NCBI GenBank assembly: GCA_963707025.1
Contig: CAVPOM010000014.1
Coordinates: 1 to 64,000 of the forward strand
DNA: 64,000 bases
Source: an uncultured Verrucomicrobiae bacterium
GTDB lineage: Bacteria > Verrucomicrobiota > Verrucomicrobiia > Limisphaerales > Palsa-1400
Direction of reading: 5' to 3'
Under the pieces are notes generated by a model, which made no database searches, was not told the DNA's origin, and saw only the letters and a list, made by a program, of their open reading frames with translations. A program made the translations under genes and the position numbers. Below are positions 17,032 to 28,006 of the stretch, piece after piece. Position 1 is the stretch's first letter. The number at the start of each line of letters is the position of its first letter.

Positions 17032-18210
17032 ATGGGAATGTGGATTGGACGAAATAGAAAAGCGCGCGTCACCTATGGTTTTGACGAAATCGCCCTCGTG
17101 CCCGGCGCCGTCACCATCAACCCCAACGAGGTGGACACCAGCTTCAACATCCCGCGCAACGACGGCAGCAGCATCACCCTCAAAATCCCCGTCATCGCCA
17201 GCGCCATGGACGGCGTGACCGATGTGCGCTTCTGCATCGAGATGGGCAAACTCGGCGGCCTGGGCGTGATCAACCTGGAAGGCGTGCAGACCCGCTACGC
17301 CAACCCCTCCGAAGTCCTGGCGCAAATTGTCAAGGCCGGCCGGGACGAGGTCACCGCCCTTATCCAGAAAGTTTATCTCGAGCCGATCAAGGAGGAGCTC
17401 ATCGCCCAGCGCGTCCAGGAACTCAAGCGGGCCGGCGTCCTGGCCGCCGTCAGTTCCATCCCGCAAAAGGCCGAGCGTTTTGGCGCCATCGCCCAGGAGG
17501 CCGGCGCCGATCTGTTTGTCGTCCAATCCACCGTTTCCACCGTCAAACATCTGTCCACCGAATATAAATCCCTCGAACTGGCCGAGTTTTGCCGCAAGTT
17601 GAAAATCCCCGTCCTCATCGGCAACGCTGTCACCTATAACGTCACCCTGCAATTGCTGGCCTGCGGCGTGGCCGGCGTCCTCATCGGCGTCGGGCCGGGC
17701 GCCGCCTGCACCAGCCGCGGCGTCTTGGGCCTGGGCGTGCCCCAGGTCACCGCCACCGTGGATTGCGCCGCGGCGCGCGATTACCATCACAAGCTGACCG
17801 GCCGCTACCTGCCCATCATCACCGATGGCGGCATGAGCAAGGGCGGCGATGTCTGCAAGGCCCTGGCCTGCGGCGCCGATGCCGTCATGGTGGGCAGCGC
17901 CTTTGCCCGCGCCGAAGAAGCCCCGGGCAAGGGCAATCACTGGGGCATGGCCACCCCGCACGCCAATTTGCCCCGCGGCACCCGCATCAAAGTCGGTCTC
18001 TCCGGCTCGCTCAAACAAATCCTCTACGGCCCGGCCACCGTGGATGACGGTTCGCAGAATCTGGTCGGGGCCATCACCACCTGCATGGGCAGCGTCGGCG
18101 CCGCCACCATCCGCCAATTCCAGGAAACCGAAATCATCATCGCCCCCAGCATCAAAACCGAGGGCAAGCTCTTCCAAACCGTCCAAAGCGTCGGCATGGG
18201 CGCCCGCTAA
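17032..18210 (+). CDS. GuaB3-family IMP dehydrogenase-related protein
   Basis: YGFDEIALVPG, GVGPGAACTSR and IITDGGM; no CBS domains. Confidence 0.9.
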   Translation: MGMWIGRNRKARVTYGFDEIALVPGAVTINPNEVDTSFNIPRNDGSSITLKIPVIASAMDGVTDVRFCIEMGKLGGLGVINLEGVQTRYANPSEVLAQIVKAGRDEVTALIQKVYLEPIKEELIAQRVQELKRAGVLAAVSSIPQKAERFGAIAQEAGADLFVVQSTVSTVKHLSTEYKSLELAEFCRKLKIPVLIGNAVTYNVTLQLLACGVAGVLIGVGPGAACTSRGVLGLGVPQVTATVDCAAARDYHHKLTGRYLPIITDGGMSKGGDVCKALACGADAVMVGSAFARAEEAPGKGNHWGMATPHANLPRGTRIKVGLSGSLKQILYGPATVDDGSQNLVGAITTCMGSVGAATIRQFQETEIIIAPSIKTEGKLFQTVQSVGMGAR

Positions 18211-19178
18211 TCCCCATACCCGTGCGGATGGGCCAGATGCCAGCGCCAGGCGTCGGCGATGATCTGTTCCAGTTTGGGATATTGCGGCTTCCAACCCAGT
18301 TCCCGCATCGCTTTCTCCGCCGACGCCACCAGTCGCGGCGGATCCCCCGCGCGCCGCGGTTTTTCCACGAAACTGATCGGCTGGTGGGTGACTTTCTCGC
18401 ACGCCGCGATCACTTGCTTGACGGAATAGCCGTCGCCGTTGCCCAGGTTGTAAAAGCCGCATTTCCCCGGTTCCAGCGCCAGGATGTGCGCCTGCGCCAA
18501 ATCCACAATGTGAATGTAATCGCGGATGCATGTCCCGTCCGGCGTCGGGTAATCCGTGCCGTAAATGTCGCAACTGGCCTTCTGCCCCAGCGCCACCTTC
18601 AACACGTTGGGAATCAAATGCGTTTCCAGGCGGTGATCTTCCCCGAACTGCGCGCTGGCCCCCGCCGCGTTGAAATAGCGCAACGCCACATATTCCAGCC
18701 CGTGAATCTGCCCGAACCAATACAACATTCTCTCGAACATCAGCTTGGATTCCCCGTAAGGGTTGATCGGCCGCTGCGCCAGCTCTTCGGTCATCGGCAC
18801 CCGCTCCGGCGGGCCGTAGGTGGCGCAACTGGAACTGAAAACAAATTTCTTCACCCCGGCGGCCAACGACGCCTCCAGCAGATTCAGCCCGTTGCAGACA
18901 TTGTTGCGGAAATACTTGGCCGGGTTGGTCATGGATTCGCCCACCAGCGCGTTGGCGGCGAAGTGCAGCACCGCCGCCGGTTTGGCGTCCCGCAACGCTC
19001 CCGCGATGCTGTCGTAATCGCTTAAGCGGGCCTGGATGAAAACGGCCCGGTCGTCCACCGCCCCGCGATGGCCCTCCGACAGATTATCATACACCGTGAC
19101 ATCGTGGCCCGCGTTGAGCAATTCCTCCGCGCAAATCGAACCGATATAACCCGCCCCGCCAGTGACAAATACATTCAT
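18207..19178 (-). CDS. galE: UDP-glucose 4-epimerase
   Basis: VTGGAGYIGS, PYGESK, LRYFNAAGA and DGTCIRDYIH motifs. Confidence 0.95.
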   Translation of the reverse strand: MNVFVTGGAGYIGSICAEELLNAGHDVTVYDNLSEGHRGAVDDRAVFIQARLSDYDSIAGALRDAKPAAVLHFAANALVGESMTNPAKYFRNNVCNGLNLLEASLAAGVKKFVFSSSCATYGPPERVPMTEELAQRPINPYGESKLMFERMLYWFGQIHGLEYVALRYFNAAGASAQFGEDHRLETHLIPNVLKVALGQKASCDIYGTDYPTPDGTCIRDYIHIVDLAQAHILALEPGKCGFYNLGNGDGYSVKQVIAACEKVTHQPISFVEKPRRAGDPPRLVASAEKAMRELGWKPQYPKLEQIIADAWRWHLAHPHGYGD

Positions 19179-19309
19179 GCCCGCAAGCTTAGGCCGGGGA
19201 AAGGTTTGCCTCAACACGAAAACACAGAGACCATCCGCCCGGCGCCCCTGCGTCCCCCCCGGCTGAAAAAGCTCGTAAATCCCAAGGCCGCCGCCATAAA
19301 CATATCCCG

Positions 19310-20269
19310 TTGTTAGAGATCGCCAATTTGCAAATTGATTTCGCCTCCGCCGGCCGCCGCCTCCGCGCTGTGGACGGCGTTTCCTTTTCCATCGCCGCGG
19401 GGGAAACCTTTTGCCTGGTCGGCGAAAGCGGCTGCGGCAAGAGCGCCACCGCCCTGTCCATCGCCCGCCTGCTGCCGTCGCCGCCGGCCCATTACGCCGG
19501 CGGCACAATTTTGCTTGACGGAGTGGATGTCCTGCGCGCCGGCCGGCGCCAGTTGCGCCAAATCCGCGGCGGCGTGGTCGGTTACGTCTTCCAGGAGCCG
19601 GGCGCTTCGCTCAATCCGGTTCACCGCGTCGGCGCGCAAATCAAGGAGATGCTCCAACTCCACCGTCCCGCCGCCGCCACCGGGGCCGAAGTGCTGCGCC
19701 TGCTCAAACTGGTCGGCATCCCCGCGCCGGAATCGCGCCTGAAAAATTACCCCCACGAAATGTCCGGCGGCATGCAGCAGCGCGTCCTCATCGCCATGGC
19801 CCTGGCCGCCCAGCCCAAGCTCCTGGTCGCCGACGAACCCACCACCGCCCTGGATGTCACCATTCAGGCGCAAATTCTCGATTTGCTGCAAAACCTCAAG
19901 CAAAGCCTTGGCATGAGCCTGCTCCTCATCACCCACAACCTGGGCATTGTCGGTGAAATCGCCGACCGCGTCGCCGTCATGTATGCCGGCCAAATCGTCG
20001 AAATCGCCCCCGCCCGCCTGTTGTTGACGCGCCCCTTGCATCCTTACACCCGGGCCTTGATCGCCTCCGTCCCAAAGCTCGGCGCGCCGGACGAACGCCT
20101 GCGCTCCATCCCGGGAAACGTGCCCGCGCTCGACGCCATGCCCGCCGGCTGCCGTTTCCATCCCCGCTGTGCGGAGGCGCGGCCTGATTGCCAGATGAAA
20201 AAACCCGAACTCATCGAAGTCGAACCCGCCCGCTGGGTGCGCTGTCCATACTGGGGTTGTGTTGTCTGA
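19310..20269 (+). CDS. oppD: Oligo/dipeptide ABC transporter ATP-binding subunit (OppD/DppD)
   Basis: [24 protein letters not shown] and a Cys-rich C-terminus. Confidence 0.9.
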   Translation: MLEIANLQIDFASAGRRLRAVDGVSFSIAAGETFCLVGESGCGKSATALSIARLLPSPPAHYAGGTILLDGVDVLRAGRRQLRQIRGGVVGYVFQEPGASLNPVHRVGAQIKEMLQLHRPAAATGAEVLRLLKLVGIPAPESRLKNYPHEMSGGMQQRVLIAMALAAQPKLLVADEPTTALDVTIQAQILDLLQNLKQSLGMSLLLITHNLGIVGEIADRVAVMYAGQIVEIAPARLLLTRPLHPYTRALIASVPKLGAPDERLRSIPGNVPALDAMPAGCRFHPRCAEARPDCQMKKPELIEVEPARWVRCPYWGCVV

Positions 20270-20291
20270 CCGGTTATGTCAACTTGGACAC

Positions 20292-20513
20292 ATGAATGAG
20301 ATCACATTCCAGGTCGAACCTTGCCGGGAAACCGGCGGCTTCGTGGCGCGATGGGACGCGCCGGGAGGCGGAGGCATCACAACGCAGGGAGATTCCTTGA
20401 CAGAACTCCACGCCATGATTTCCGACGCCGTCGGTGGCTATTTCGAAGCCAACCAACGCCCTCATTTTATCCGCCTCCATTTTGTAGAAGACCTGGTATT
20501 CGCCTTCTCGTGA
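20292..20513 (+). CDS. hicB: Short HicB-like antitoxin
   Basis: GGFVARW...ITTQGDSLTELHAMISDAV; GTGA overlap with the HicA-like gene. Confidence 0.75.
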   Translation: MNEITFQVEPCRETGGFVARWDAPGGGGITTQGDSLTELHAMISDAVGGYFEANQRPHFIRLHFVEDLVFAFS

Positions 20514-20725
20514 AGATGCCTCGCGATGTGACCGGGCGCGAAGCCGCCCGCGCTTTGCAGCGTTTGGGTTTTGTTCAGATCCGCCAAACCGGTTCCCACC
20601 TGATCATGCGGAAAGAAAGTCGAACCGTGGTTGTCCCCCAGCACAAGCCGATCAAACCGGGCACGCTCAAGGGCCTCATCGAACAAGCAGGCCTTACTCG
20701 CGATGAATTTGCGGCAGAATTGTAA
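20510..20725 (+). CDS. hicA: HicA family toxin
   Basis: LQRLGFVQIRQTGSHLIM...VVVPQHKPIKPGTL. Confidence 0.88.
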   Translation: MKMPRDVTGREAARALQRLGFVQIRQTGSHLIMRKESRTVVVPQHKPIKPGTLKGLIEQAGLTRDEFAAEL

Positions 20726-20737
20726 CGCTGCGTTGGC

Positions 20738-21724
20738 ATGAACCCCCTCCCCGCCGCCAATCCCCTTCTCGAAGTGCGCGACCTCCAAGTCCGCTTCCCG
20801 GTCCGGCGCGGCCTCTTCACCCGCGCGCGCGCCTTCGTCAAAGCCGTGGACCGGGTCAGCTTCACCATCCAGCCGGGCGAAACCCTGGGACTCGTCGGCG
20901 AAAGCGGCTGCGGCAAGACCACCCTGGCCCGCGCCATCGTCCGCCTCATTAAACCGGCCGCCGGCAGCATCTGGCTGGCGGGCGAGGACATCGCCGCCCT
21001 GAGCGCCGCGCAAATGCGCGCCCGCCGCCGGATTTGCCAGATGATTTTCCAGGACCCCTTCGGCTCGCTCGATCCGCGCCTGACCATCGGCCAGATCATC
21101 GGCGAAGCGCTGGAAATTCATCGTCTGGGCGCAACCGCCGCCGAGCGCGCCCGCAGAATCGCCCAACTCCTCACCGATGTCGGCCTGGATCCCGCCCAGG
21201 CGCAGCGTTACCCCCACGAATTCAGCGGCGGTCAGCGCCAGCGCATTGGCATCGCCCGCGCCCTGGCCGTCGAACCCAAACTCATCGTCTGCGACGAACC
21301 CGTCAGCGCCCTCGACGTTTCCGTGCAGGCGCAAATCATCAATTTGCTGCAAGACCTCCAGCGCCGGCGCGCCGTGGCCTATTTATTTGTGGCCCACGAT
21401 CTGGCCGTGATCGAGCACATCAGCCGCCGCGTCATGGTGATGTATCTGGGCAAAATAGTTGAAACCGGCCCTGTCCAGTCCGTCGTGCAAACCCCCAATC
21501 ACCCCTATACAAAAGCCCTGATCTCCGCCGTCCCGCAAATTGACCCCGCAACCCGCCGTCCGCGCCTCATTCTGCCCGGCGAAATCCCGTCCCCGATAGA
21601 TCCGCCGCCAGGCTGTCCCTTCCATCCCCGCTGTCCGATTGCCGAACCCCGTTGCCGGACCGAGCCGCCCGTCTTGCGCGAGATTGCCCCCGCCCATTGG
21701 GCCTCCTGCCATCTCGCCAAGTAG
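20738..21724 (+). CDS. oppF: Oligo/dipeptide ABC transporter ATP-binding subunit (OppF/DppF)
   Basis: GESGCGKT, YPHEFSGGQRQR and DEPVSALD motifs. Confidence 0.9.
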   Translation: MNPLPAANPLLEVRDLQVRFPVRRGLFTRARAFVKAVDRVSFTIQPGETLGLVGESGCGKTTLARAIVRLIKPAAGSIWLAGEDIAALSAAQMRARRRICQMIFQDPFGSLDPRLTIGQIIGEALEIHRLGATAAERARRIAQLLTDVGLDPAQAQRYPHEFSGGQRQRIGIARALAVEPKLIVCDEPVSALDVSVQAQIINLLQDLQRRRAVAYLFVAHDLAVIEHISRRVMVMYLGKIVETGPVQSVVQTPNHPYTKALISAVPQIDPATRRPRLILPGEIPSPIDPPPGCPFHPRCPIAEPRCRTEPPVLREIAPAHWASCHLAK

Positions 21725-21924
21725 CGCAGGGCAGGGGACTCTCATTCTTAATCTTAATCCTAATCTTAATCCTAATCTCTGAATTCAGGCACGGCAGGGC
21801 AAGGGGATACACTACAACCCTCCTGTCAACACGGGCCAATACGAAGCAGTGGACACACGCACGGCGCAAGCCTCTACGTAAATCGCCGCTTGCCGCCAGG
21901 CGGGTGCAGGATTAAATTCACGGC

Positions 21925-22155
21925 ATGAGTTATCGGACCGTTGAAGTCGAAATTGACCATGGACACGTTCTGGCCAAAGGGGCGGAGAGCCTGCCCGAGA
22001 AAGCCACCGGCCTGCTCACCATTTTCCCATCGGCTGCGGCGAACCACGCCGCCCTCTCCCCGTTGCAGGCCTTGGAATTACTGCAAAACCATCTCCACCT
22101 CGATTCCACCAAGGCGGCCAAATGGATGACGTCCGTGCGCGAAGCCAGACGTTGA
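21925..22155 (+). CDS. Small antitoxin-like hypothetical protein
   Basis: 76-aa ORF with TAAATT 6 nt upstream of the ATG; beta-rich N-terminus and helical C-terminus. Confidence 0.55.
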   Translation: MSYRTVEVEIDHGHVLAKGAESLPEKATGLLTIFPSAAANHAALSPLQALELLQNHLHLDSTKAAKWMTSVREARR

Positions 22156-22296
22156 TGCCCGCATGGTCCAGCACGATTCACTAGGTGGCCATTCGCTGCG
22201 GTGCGAAACTGGCGACCAGCAACACTGCTGATTTTCAACCATTCCTGGCCCACAGCTTGATTTTGGCCTGAATCCCGTAAAATTATTGTGCCGAAT

Positions 22297-22895
22297 CTTT
22301 GCGCCTTTGCGTTAAAATGCGCTTTTTTGGCAACCCACTCCAGCACTCCAACACTCCGTTTGCTCAACATCAGTCTCCTTTGGCAGGCAAAACCGCCTTT
22401 CCCACAAACTATTTTCACTTTTGCAAATCCACTTGTTTGGGGGCAAAACCACTTTGACCGGGTGTTTATAAGGCTTTTATTGGGGTCGAAGACCCCGTTT
22501 TTCGGCATGCATTTTGTACCCACGGTGGGCAGTCGCTTTTTCAAATCCGTGGTTTAATAGTCCCATGAACCCTAAATTAACATTAGTCGAGCCGGAACAT
22601 GCCAGCCACGGCACCGATGGGGCAGGGGATGCCACCCCGCGACCAAGCCCTGCGCGTCTCCCAAATTGAGAAACAGCGACGAATCGGGCGCGCCGCCAGC
22701 CCCAAATTTCAGTTATTTTCACCTAGTTTCACCTAATTTCACTTGTTTTCAGCTAGTTTCAGTTCCGCAGGCCAGGGGGGCAGGGAAGGGGAGACAACTT
22801 CCCGCCGCCAAAAGCGCCGCCTGAATCCGTCCCATAAATTCCATAAGTCCCATCCGGTCCGCATTCACTATTCACTATTCAAAATTCACCATTCC
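22297..22895. repeat. Intergenic patchwork of short tandem repeats (7-10-mers)
   Basis: CACTCCA(G/A) x3, TTTCACCTAG-like x5, CCCATAA-like and ATTCACT-like runs. Confidence 0.7.
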
Positions 22896-22914
22896 CCTTA
22901 ATCTTGCACCGCAA

Positions 22915-24713
22915 ATGGACGCCGCGCACATTAGAAATTTCAGCATTATTGCTCACATTGATCACGGGAAGACCACCCTCTCCGACCGCCTCCTCCACCG
23001 CACCGGCACCATCGCCACCCGCGAAATGGAGGAGCAATTGCTCGATTCCATGGACTTGGAGCGCGAGCGGGGCATCACCATCAAGGCCCATCCCGTCACC
23101 ATGCGCTACACGGCCAAAAATGGCGAAACTTACGAGCTGAACCTCATTGACACCCCCGGCCACGTGGATTTTTCCTACGAAGTCTCCCGCAGCCTCAGCG
23201 CCTGCGAAGGGGCGTTGCTGGTCATTGACGCCGCCCAGGGCGTCGAGGCCCAGACGGTGGCCAATGTCCACCTGGCCATGAAACAAAATCTCACCATCAT
23301 CCCCATCATCAATAAAATTGACCTGCCCCACGCCGACATCCCCCAGACCAAAATCGCAGATGGAAGACATCCTGGCCATTCCGGGCGACACCGCCATTCT
23401 GGCCAGCGCCAAGGAGGGGATCGGCATTGACGAAATTCTCGAGGCCATCGTCGCGCGCATTCCGCCGCCCAAACCCACCGGCGCGCCTTCCGTGCAGGCC
23501 CTCGGCTTCGATTCCTACTTCGACACCTACAAAGGCGTCGTCACCCATGTCCGCATCTTCAACGGCGAATTGCAGCCGGGCATGCACGTCAAACTGCTGC
23601 ACTCCGGCAAAACCGTCGAAGTCAAGGAAGTCGGCAGCTTCAATCCCAAACCCTACGTCCGCGAGAAATTGGAGACCGGCGAAACCGGCTACATGACCGC
23701 CAACATCAAGAGCCCCAAGGAAGTCAAGATGGGCGACACCATCACCGACGCCAGAAACCCGTCGCCCGTCCTGGCCGGGTTCAAGGAACTCCATCCCGAT
23801 GGTTTTCAGCGGCCTGTATCCCGATCAACACCGCCGACTACGAACACCTCAAGGCCAATCTGGCCAAGCTCCAGCTCAACGACTCCGCCTTCGTCTATCA
23901 GCCGGAAAGTTCCGTCGCTCTGGGCTTCGGCTTCCGCTGCGGCTTCCTCGGCCTGCTCCATCTGGAAATCGTCCAGGAACGCCTCCGGCGCGAATACGGC
24001 ATGGACATCATCGCCACCTACCCCAGCGTCGTCTATCGCGTCACCATGACCGACGGCGCCGTCAAGGAGGTGGACAACCCCGCCTTCCTGCCCGAAGCCG
24101 AACTATATTGAGAAGATTGACGGAGCCGATGGTCAAGGTCCTTCGTCATCTGCCCCAACGAGTACATCGGCGACATGATGGCCCTCATTGCCGAGAAACG
24201 CGGCGCTGGTGGACCACACCGAGACCCTCGACCCCCGCCGCGTCATGCTGACCAGCACGCTGCCGCTTGAACGAAATTCTCATTGACTTCCACGACCGCA
24301 TCAAAAGCATCACCCGCGGCTTCGGCTCCATGGATTACGAGCACGCCGGCTACCAGCAGTCCGACATGGTCAAGTTGGACATGCTGGTCAACGGCGAGTC
24401 GGTGGACGCCTTTTCCTGCATCGTCCATCGTGCCAAGGCGGAGGGCAGGGGACGCGCCCTGGCCGCCAAACTCAAGGAAGTCATCCCGCGCCAGCAATAC
24501 CAGGTCGCCATCCAGGCCGCCATCGGCGGCAAAATTGTCGCCCGCGAAACCGTCAGCGCCCTGCGCAAGGACGTCACCGCCAAATGCTACGGCGGCGATA
24601 TCACCCGCAAACGCAAGCTCCTGGAAAAGCAAAAAGAGGGCAAGAAACGCATGAAATCCTTCGGCTCCGTCAACATCCCTCAGGAAGCCTTCATCGAGGT
24701 CCTCAAAGCATGA
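22915..24713 (+). CDS. lepA: Translation elongation factor 4, split by several frameshifts (probably sequencing errors)
   Basis: [24 protein letters not shown] and DTPGH; C-terminal [25 protein letters not shown]. Confidence 0.95.
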
Positions 24714-25903
24714 AGCTGCGCTGGATTCTCTCCCGCCAGTTCCGCCATGCCTCCGATCTGTGCGGCCACCTCCGCAAACTCCGCCGCGCCCAATGCGACC
24801 TCCTCGCCCCGCAAGACCTCCAACTCCTCGAGGCCGCCTTGCAGGAGACCCAAGCCGCCCTCAATGCCCGCGCCGACGACCAAACCCTGGCCGCCCGCGC
24901 CGCCGATTTGGAAAACGCCGCCCAACAATGCCTCCGCCCGTATCCGCACCCCGAATGGCGCGACAACGTGGAAGTCCTCCTCGTCGCCATCGCCATCGCC
25001 ATGAGCATCCGCACCTTTTTCGCCCAGCCCTTCAAAATCCCCACCGGCTCCATGCAGCCGACCCTGTATGGCGTCCAGGTCCGGGACTGCCGCGCCGATC
25101 CCCATTTTGTCATGCCGGGACTGTTGCGGCGCGTTTATGAATTTGCCGTGCATGGCGCCATCTACCATCAAGTCATTGCCCAGGCCGACGGCGAATTCGA
25201 TCATGCCGGCCCCTTGCAACATGCTTTCGGCCTGGTCAACAAACAAACATTTTGGGTGCGCGACCGCACCGGCGCGCTCCGGCCCATCACGGTGTGGGGC
25301 GGCCCGGACGAAAGCCAGTTTGACTCCACCGAACGCCGCCTGGGTCTGGTGGACGACGTTCACATGCCCAACCGTTTCCACAAAGGCGGCGCCATCCTCC
25401 AATTCATCGAATACACCGGCGACCATTTGTTCGTGGACCGCCTGACCTATAATTTTCGCCGGCCGAAACGCGGAGAAATTATTGTTTTCAAAACCAAGGG
25501 CATTCCCATTCCCGGCCAAACCGCCGACCAGTTTTACATCAAGCGCCTGATTGGCCTGCCAGGGGAGAGCATCAGTATTGGCGATGACCGCCATGTCCGC
25601 GTCAACGGAGTTCGTTTGGACGCCTCCACGCCGCACTTCGCAAACGTCTATGGATTTGATCCGAATACCAAGGCGCGCGAAAGCCACTACAGCGGCCACG
25701 TCCTGCACCCCGGCAGCCAACTCAAGACCAGCGCCGACAAGCTGATCGTCAAGGAAAAGCACTATGCCGTGTTTGGCGACAACACCATGAACAGCGCCGA
25801 TTCGCGCTACTGGGGTGGTTTCTGGCAACAAAACATCGTGGGCCGGGCCTGGCTTGTCTATTGGCCATATTCCGCCCGTTTCGGCTTCGCCCTCAACCGA
25901 TGA
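24710..25903 (+). CDS. lepB: Signal peptidase I
   Basis: [20 protein letters not shown] and [14 protein letters not shown]; follows lepA. Confidence 0.93.
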   Translation: MKLRWILSRQFRHASDLCGHLRKLRRAQCDLLAPQDLQLLEAALQETQAALNARADDQTLAARAADLENAAQQCLRPYPHPEWRDNVEVLLVAIAIAMSIRTFFAQPFKIPTGSMQPTLYGVQVRDCRADPHFVMPGLLRRVYEFAVHGAIYHQVIAQADGEFDHAGPLQHAFGLVNKQTFWVRDRTGALRPITVWGGPDESQFDSTERRLGLVDDVHMPNRFHKGGAILQFIEYTGDHLFVDRLTYNFRRPKRGEIIVFKTKGIPIPGQTADQFYIKRLIGLPGESISIGDDRHVRVNGVRLDASTPHFANVYGFDPNTKARESHYSGHVLHPGSQLKTSADKLIVKEKHYAVFGDNTMNSADSRYWGGFWQQNIVGRAWLVYWPYSARFGFALNR

Positions 25904-25950
25904 AAACCAGCCCAACAGCCTCCATTCACCGAATTCGACCCGCTCACTTT

Positions 25951-25978
25951 ACTTCGCACAATGTTTGTTATATTCACT
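25951..25978 (+). other. dif-like XerC/XerD site
   Basis: ACTTCGCACAA-TGTTTG-TTATATTCACT: 11-6-11 layout resembling the dif consensus; intergenic. Confidence 0.6.
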
Positions 25979-26117
25979 TTAATTTACCGCCAACGGCCCC
26001 TGGCCAAATGAGCCTATCGCCCTCTTTGACAAGTTATTATGGCTTCACCACCCTTCTTGGGCGGGCCGTCGCGTTGCCAAACCTACCCGCCCACGTCACG
26101 ATTCCTGGGAGCCTGTT

Positions 26118-27992
26118 TTGAAAATAACGGATACTGACTTTCTGCCGGTCGTCCAGCGGGAATTGCGCGAAGGCGCGCGGCGCCCGTTCAATTACTGGTT
26201 GCGCGTGGCCGGCGCGACCGCGGCCGTCTTGCTGCTCTATTTCATCAACCAAAGCGCCGGCGGCAATCAAGCGGCGGAGGGGCTTCGCCTTTTCACCGGT
26301 CTGCACGAAATGTTGCTGGTGCTGATTTGCGCCATGGTCCCCGCCATGAGCGCCGACTGCATCGCCCGCGAAACCCGCGAGGGCACGCTCGGCTTGCTTT
26401 TCCTGACGCCGCTGACCGCGATGGGCATTGTGGTGGGCAAAGGACTGGTGCAGGCCTTTCGCGCGTTTACCCTTTGGCTGGCCGTCCTGCCGGTCATCAT
26501 CATTCCGTTCCTGTCGGGAGGCGTCACCGGCGGCGATGTTGCCAGCGCCATCACCATCGAATTCTGTGTCACCTTGCTCTGTCTGGCGGCGGGCATCCTC
26601 GCCTCGTCCCTGGCCAGGGCGCGCAGCACCGCCTTCCTTCTGGCGGCCGGCTTTGCCGTGTGGTTCGTCTGTCTTTTTGGCGGAGTGCTTGGCTTGGGCT
26701 GGTTTTGGCAGCTTCGCGGACTGGGTCAACCTGTACAGTTGACACAAATTACGAGCTTGGGCCAATCCCTCATCACAGGACAATCCGGTGGCAACCGGGT
26801 GATCGGCCAGCAGATGGCGCGCCCCTTTGCCGCATCGGGCCGTCTCTATCCTTCCTCCACGCCTGCTTACACCGGCATCTGGAATGGCCCCAACGGCCCA
26901 ATTGTGGTGTCATATTCAATGGTTTCATATTCGCCGTCCCTGGTGCAATCGCCCTCCGGCTGGAGCGCCTATCTCTCCGCCCCCGCGACCCGCCTCGTCT
27001 GGCGCTCGCTCCTGCTGGAATGCTGGCTGGCCGTTCCCCTGCTCTTTTACCTGGTCCTCCGATTCGCCGCGCTTCGCATCGCCCGTTCCTGGCATGACCA
27101 ACCCCCTTCCCTCCGGCGCGAAGCCTGGATCAAAACCTGGTGCGTGCCCCTGGCGCGGCGGCGTTTCGCCCGCAAAATGCAGCGGACCCTGGACTGGAAT
27201 CCCATCGCCTGGCTGCAACAGTATTCCTGGAAAGCGCGCCTCAGCAAATGGGGGCTTTGCCTGGCATTTGTGGCGCTCGAATGCGCTGTCACCACCGGGT
27301 GTCCTTCCGAAATGCTGGACGCCCAATCCATTATGCTGCTCATTTTGGCAGCGGCCTTCACTTTTGTCGGCGTCAACAGTTTCTTGACAGAGAAAAAGTC
27401 CGGGGCGCTGGAATTGCTTCTCGTCACCCCCGTCTCACCCGATCAAATCATCTTCGGCCGCGTCTGGGGATTGTGGAAACAATTCCTGCCGGCGGCGGTG
27501 ACTCTCCTGCTGATCTGGCTGGAGGCGGAAAACCTGGCCTCCATTTCCTTCAATGCGGGTTGGCCTCCATGGCAGCGTCCTGGAAATGGCGGACTCCTTT
27601 GGAGCCTCCTGACCTCGCCGCTGAGTCCGGGCAATCTGCGCATCTATACAATCGGCGGCGGATTTTATTACTCGAATATCTTCAATCGGACCGCGGATCC
27701 GATCTTCCAGGCATTCGTCACCGCCATCGGATTTCTCACCCTGCCGGTCTTTGCCACCTATTTCGCCCTTCGTGTCAAGAATATCATTGTGGCCGCGGTC
27801 CTGACCTGGCTCGCCCTGTTCCTCTGCCCCTTCTTTGCCTTCTCCGTCCTTGGCTTCCTCTCCGGTTTCTTCGGCGTCCGCTTGACGCCGGCGTCGCTCT
27901 ACGCGGGAGTATTTCTGGCGAACGCGGCCTTCGCCCTCCTCGCCTGCTTCCTCCTCCGCCACAGCCTTTCCCGGCGCATTTATTCTTTTTGA
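26118..27992 (+). CDS. ABC-2 type permease with two permease-like halves
   Basis: IARETREGTLGLLFLTPL and FLTEKKSGALELLLVTPV motifs; many TM helices. Confidence 0.8.
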   Translation: MKITDTDFLPVVQRELREGARRPFNYWLRVAGATAAVLLLYFINQSAGGNQAAEGLRLFTGLHEMLLVLICAMVPAMSADCIARETREGTLGLLFLTPLTAMGIVVGKGLVQAFRAFTLWLAVLPVIIIPFLSGGVTGGDVASAITIEFCVTLLCLAAGILASSLARARSTAFLLAAGFAVWFVCLFGGVLGLGWFWQLRGLGQPVQLTQITSLGQSLITGQSGGNRVIGQQMARPFAASGRLYPSSTPAYTGIWNGPNGPIVVSYSMVSYSPSLVQSPSGWSAYLSAPATRLVWRSLLLECWLAVPLLFYLVLRFAALRIARSWHDQPPSLRREAWIKTWCVPLARRRFARKMQRTLDWNPIAWLQQYSWKARLSKWGLCLAFVALECAVTTGCPSEMLDAQSIMLLILAAAFTFVGVNSFLTEKKSGALELLLVTPVSPDQIIFGRVWGLWKQFLPAAVTLLLIWLEAENLASISFNAGWPPWQRPGNGGLLWSLLTSPLSPGNLRIYTIGGGFYYSNIFNRTADPIFQAFVTAIGFLTLPVFATYFALRVKNIIVAAVLTWLALFLCPFFAFSVLGFLSGFFGVRLTPASLYAGVFLANAAFALLACFLLRHSLSRRIYSF

Positions 27993-28006
27993 CTCTTGCG
28001 GCGGGA

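Noticed and set aside
22915..24713. Multiple frameshifts in lepA and in at least seven other genes, as pseudogenes or programmed frameshifts
   Set aside because: They are scattered single-base indels in otherwise intact conserved genes, with no shared slippery motif. Long-read consensus error is the simplest explanation.
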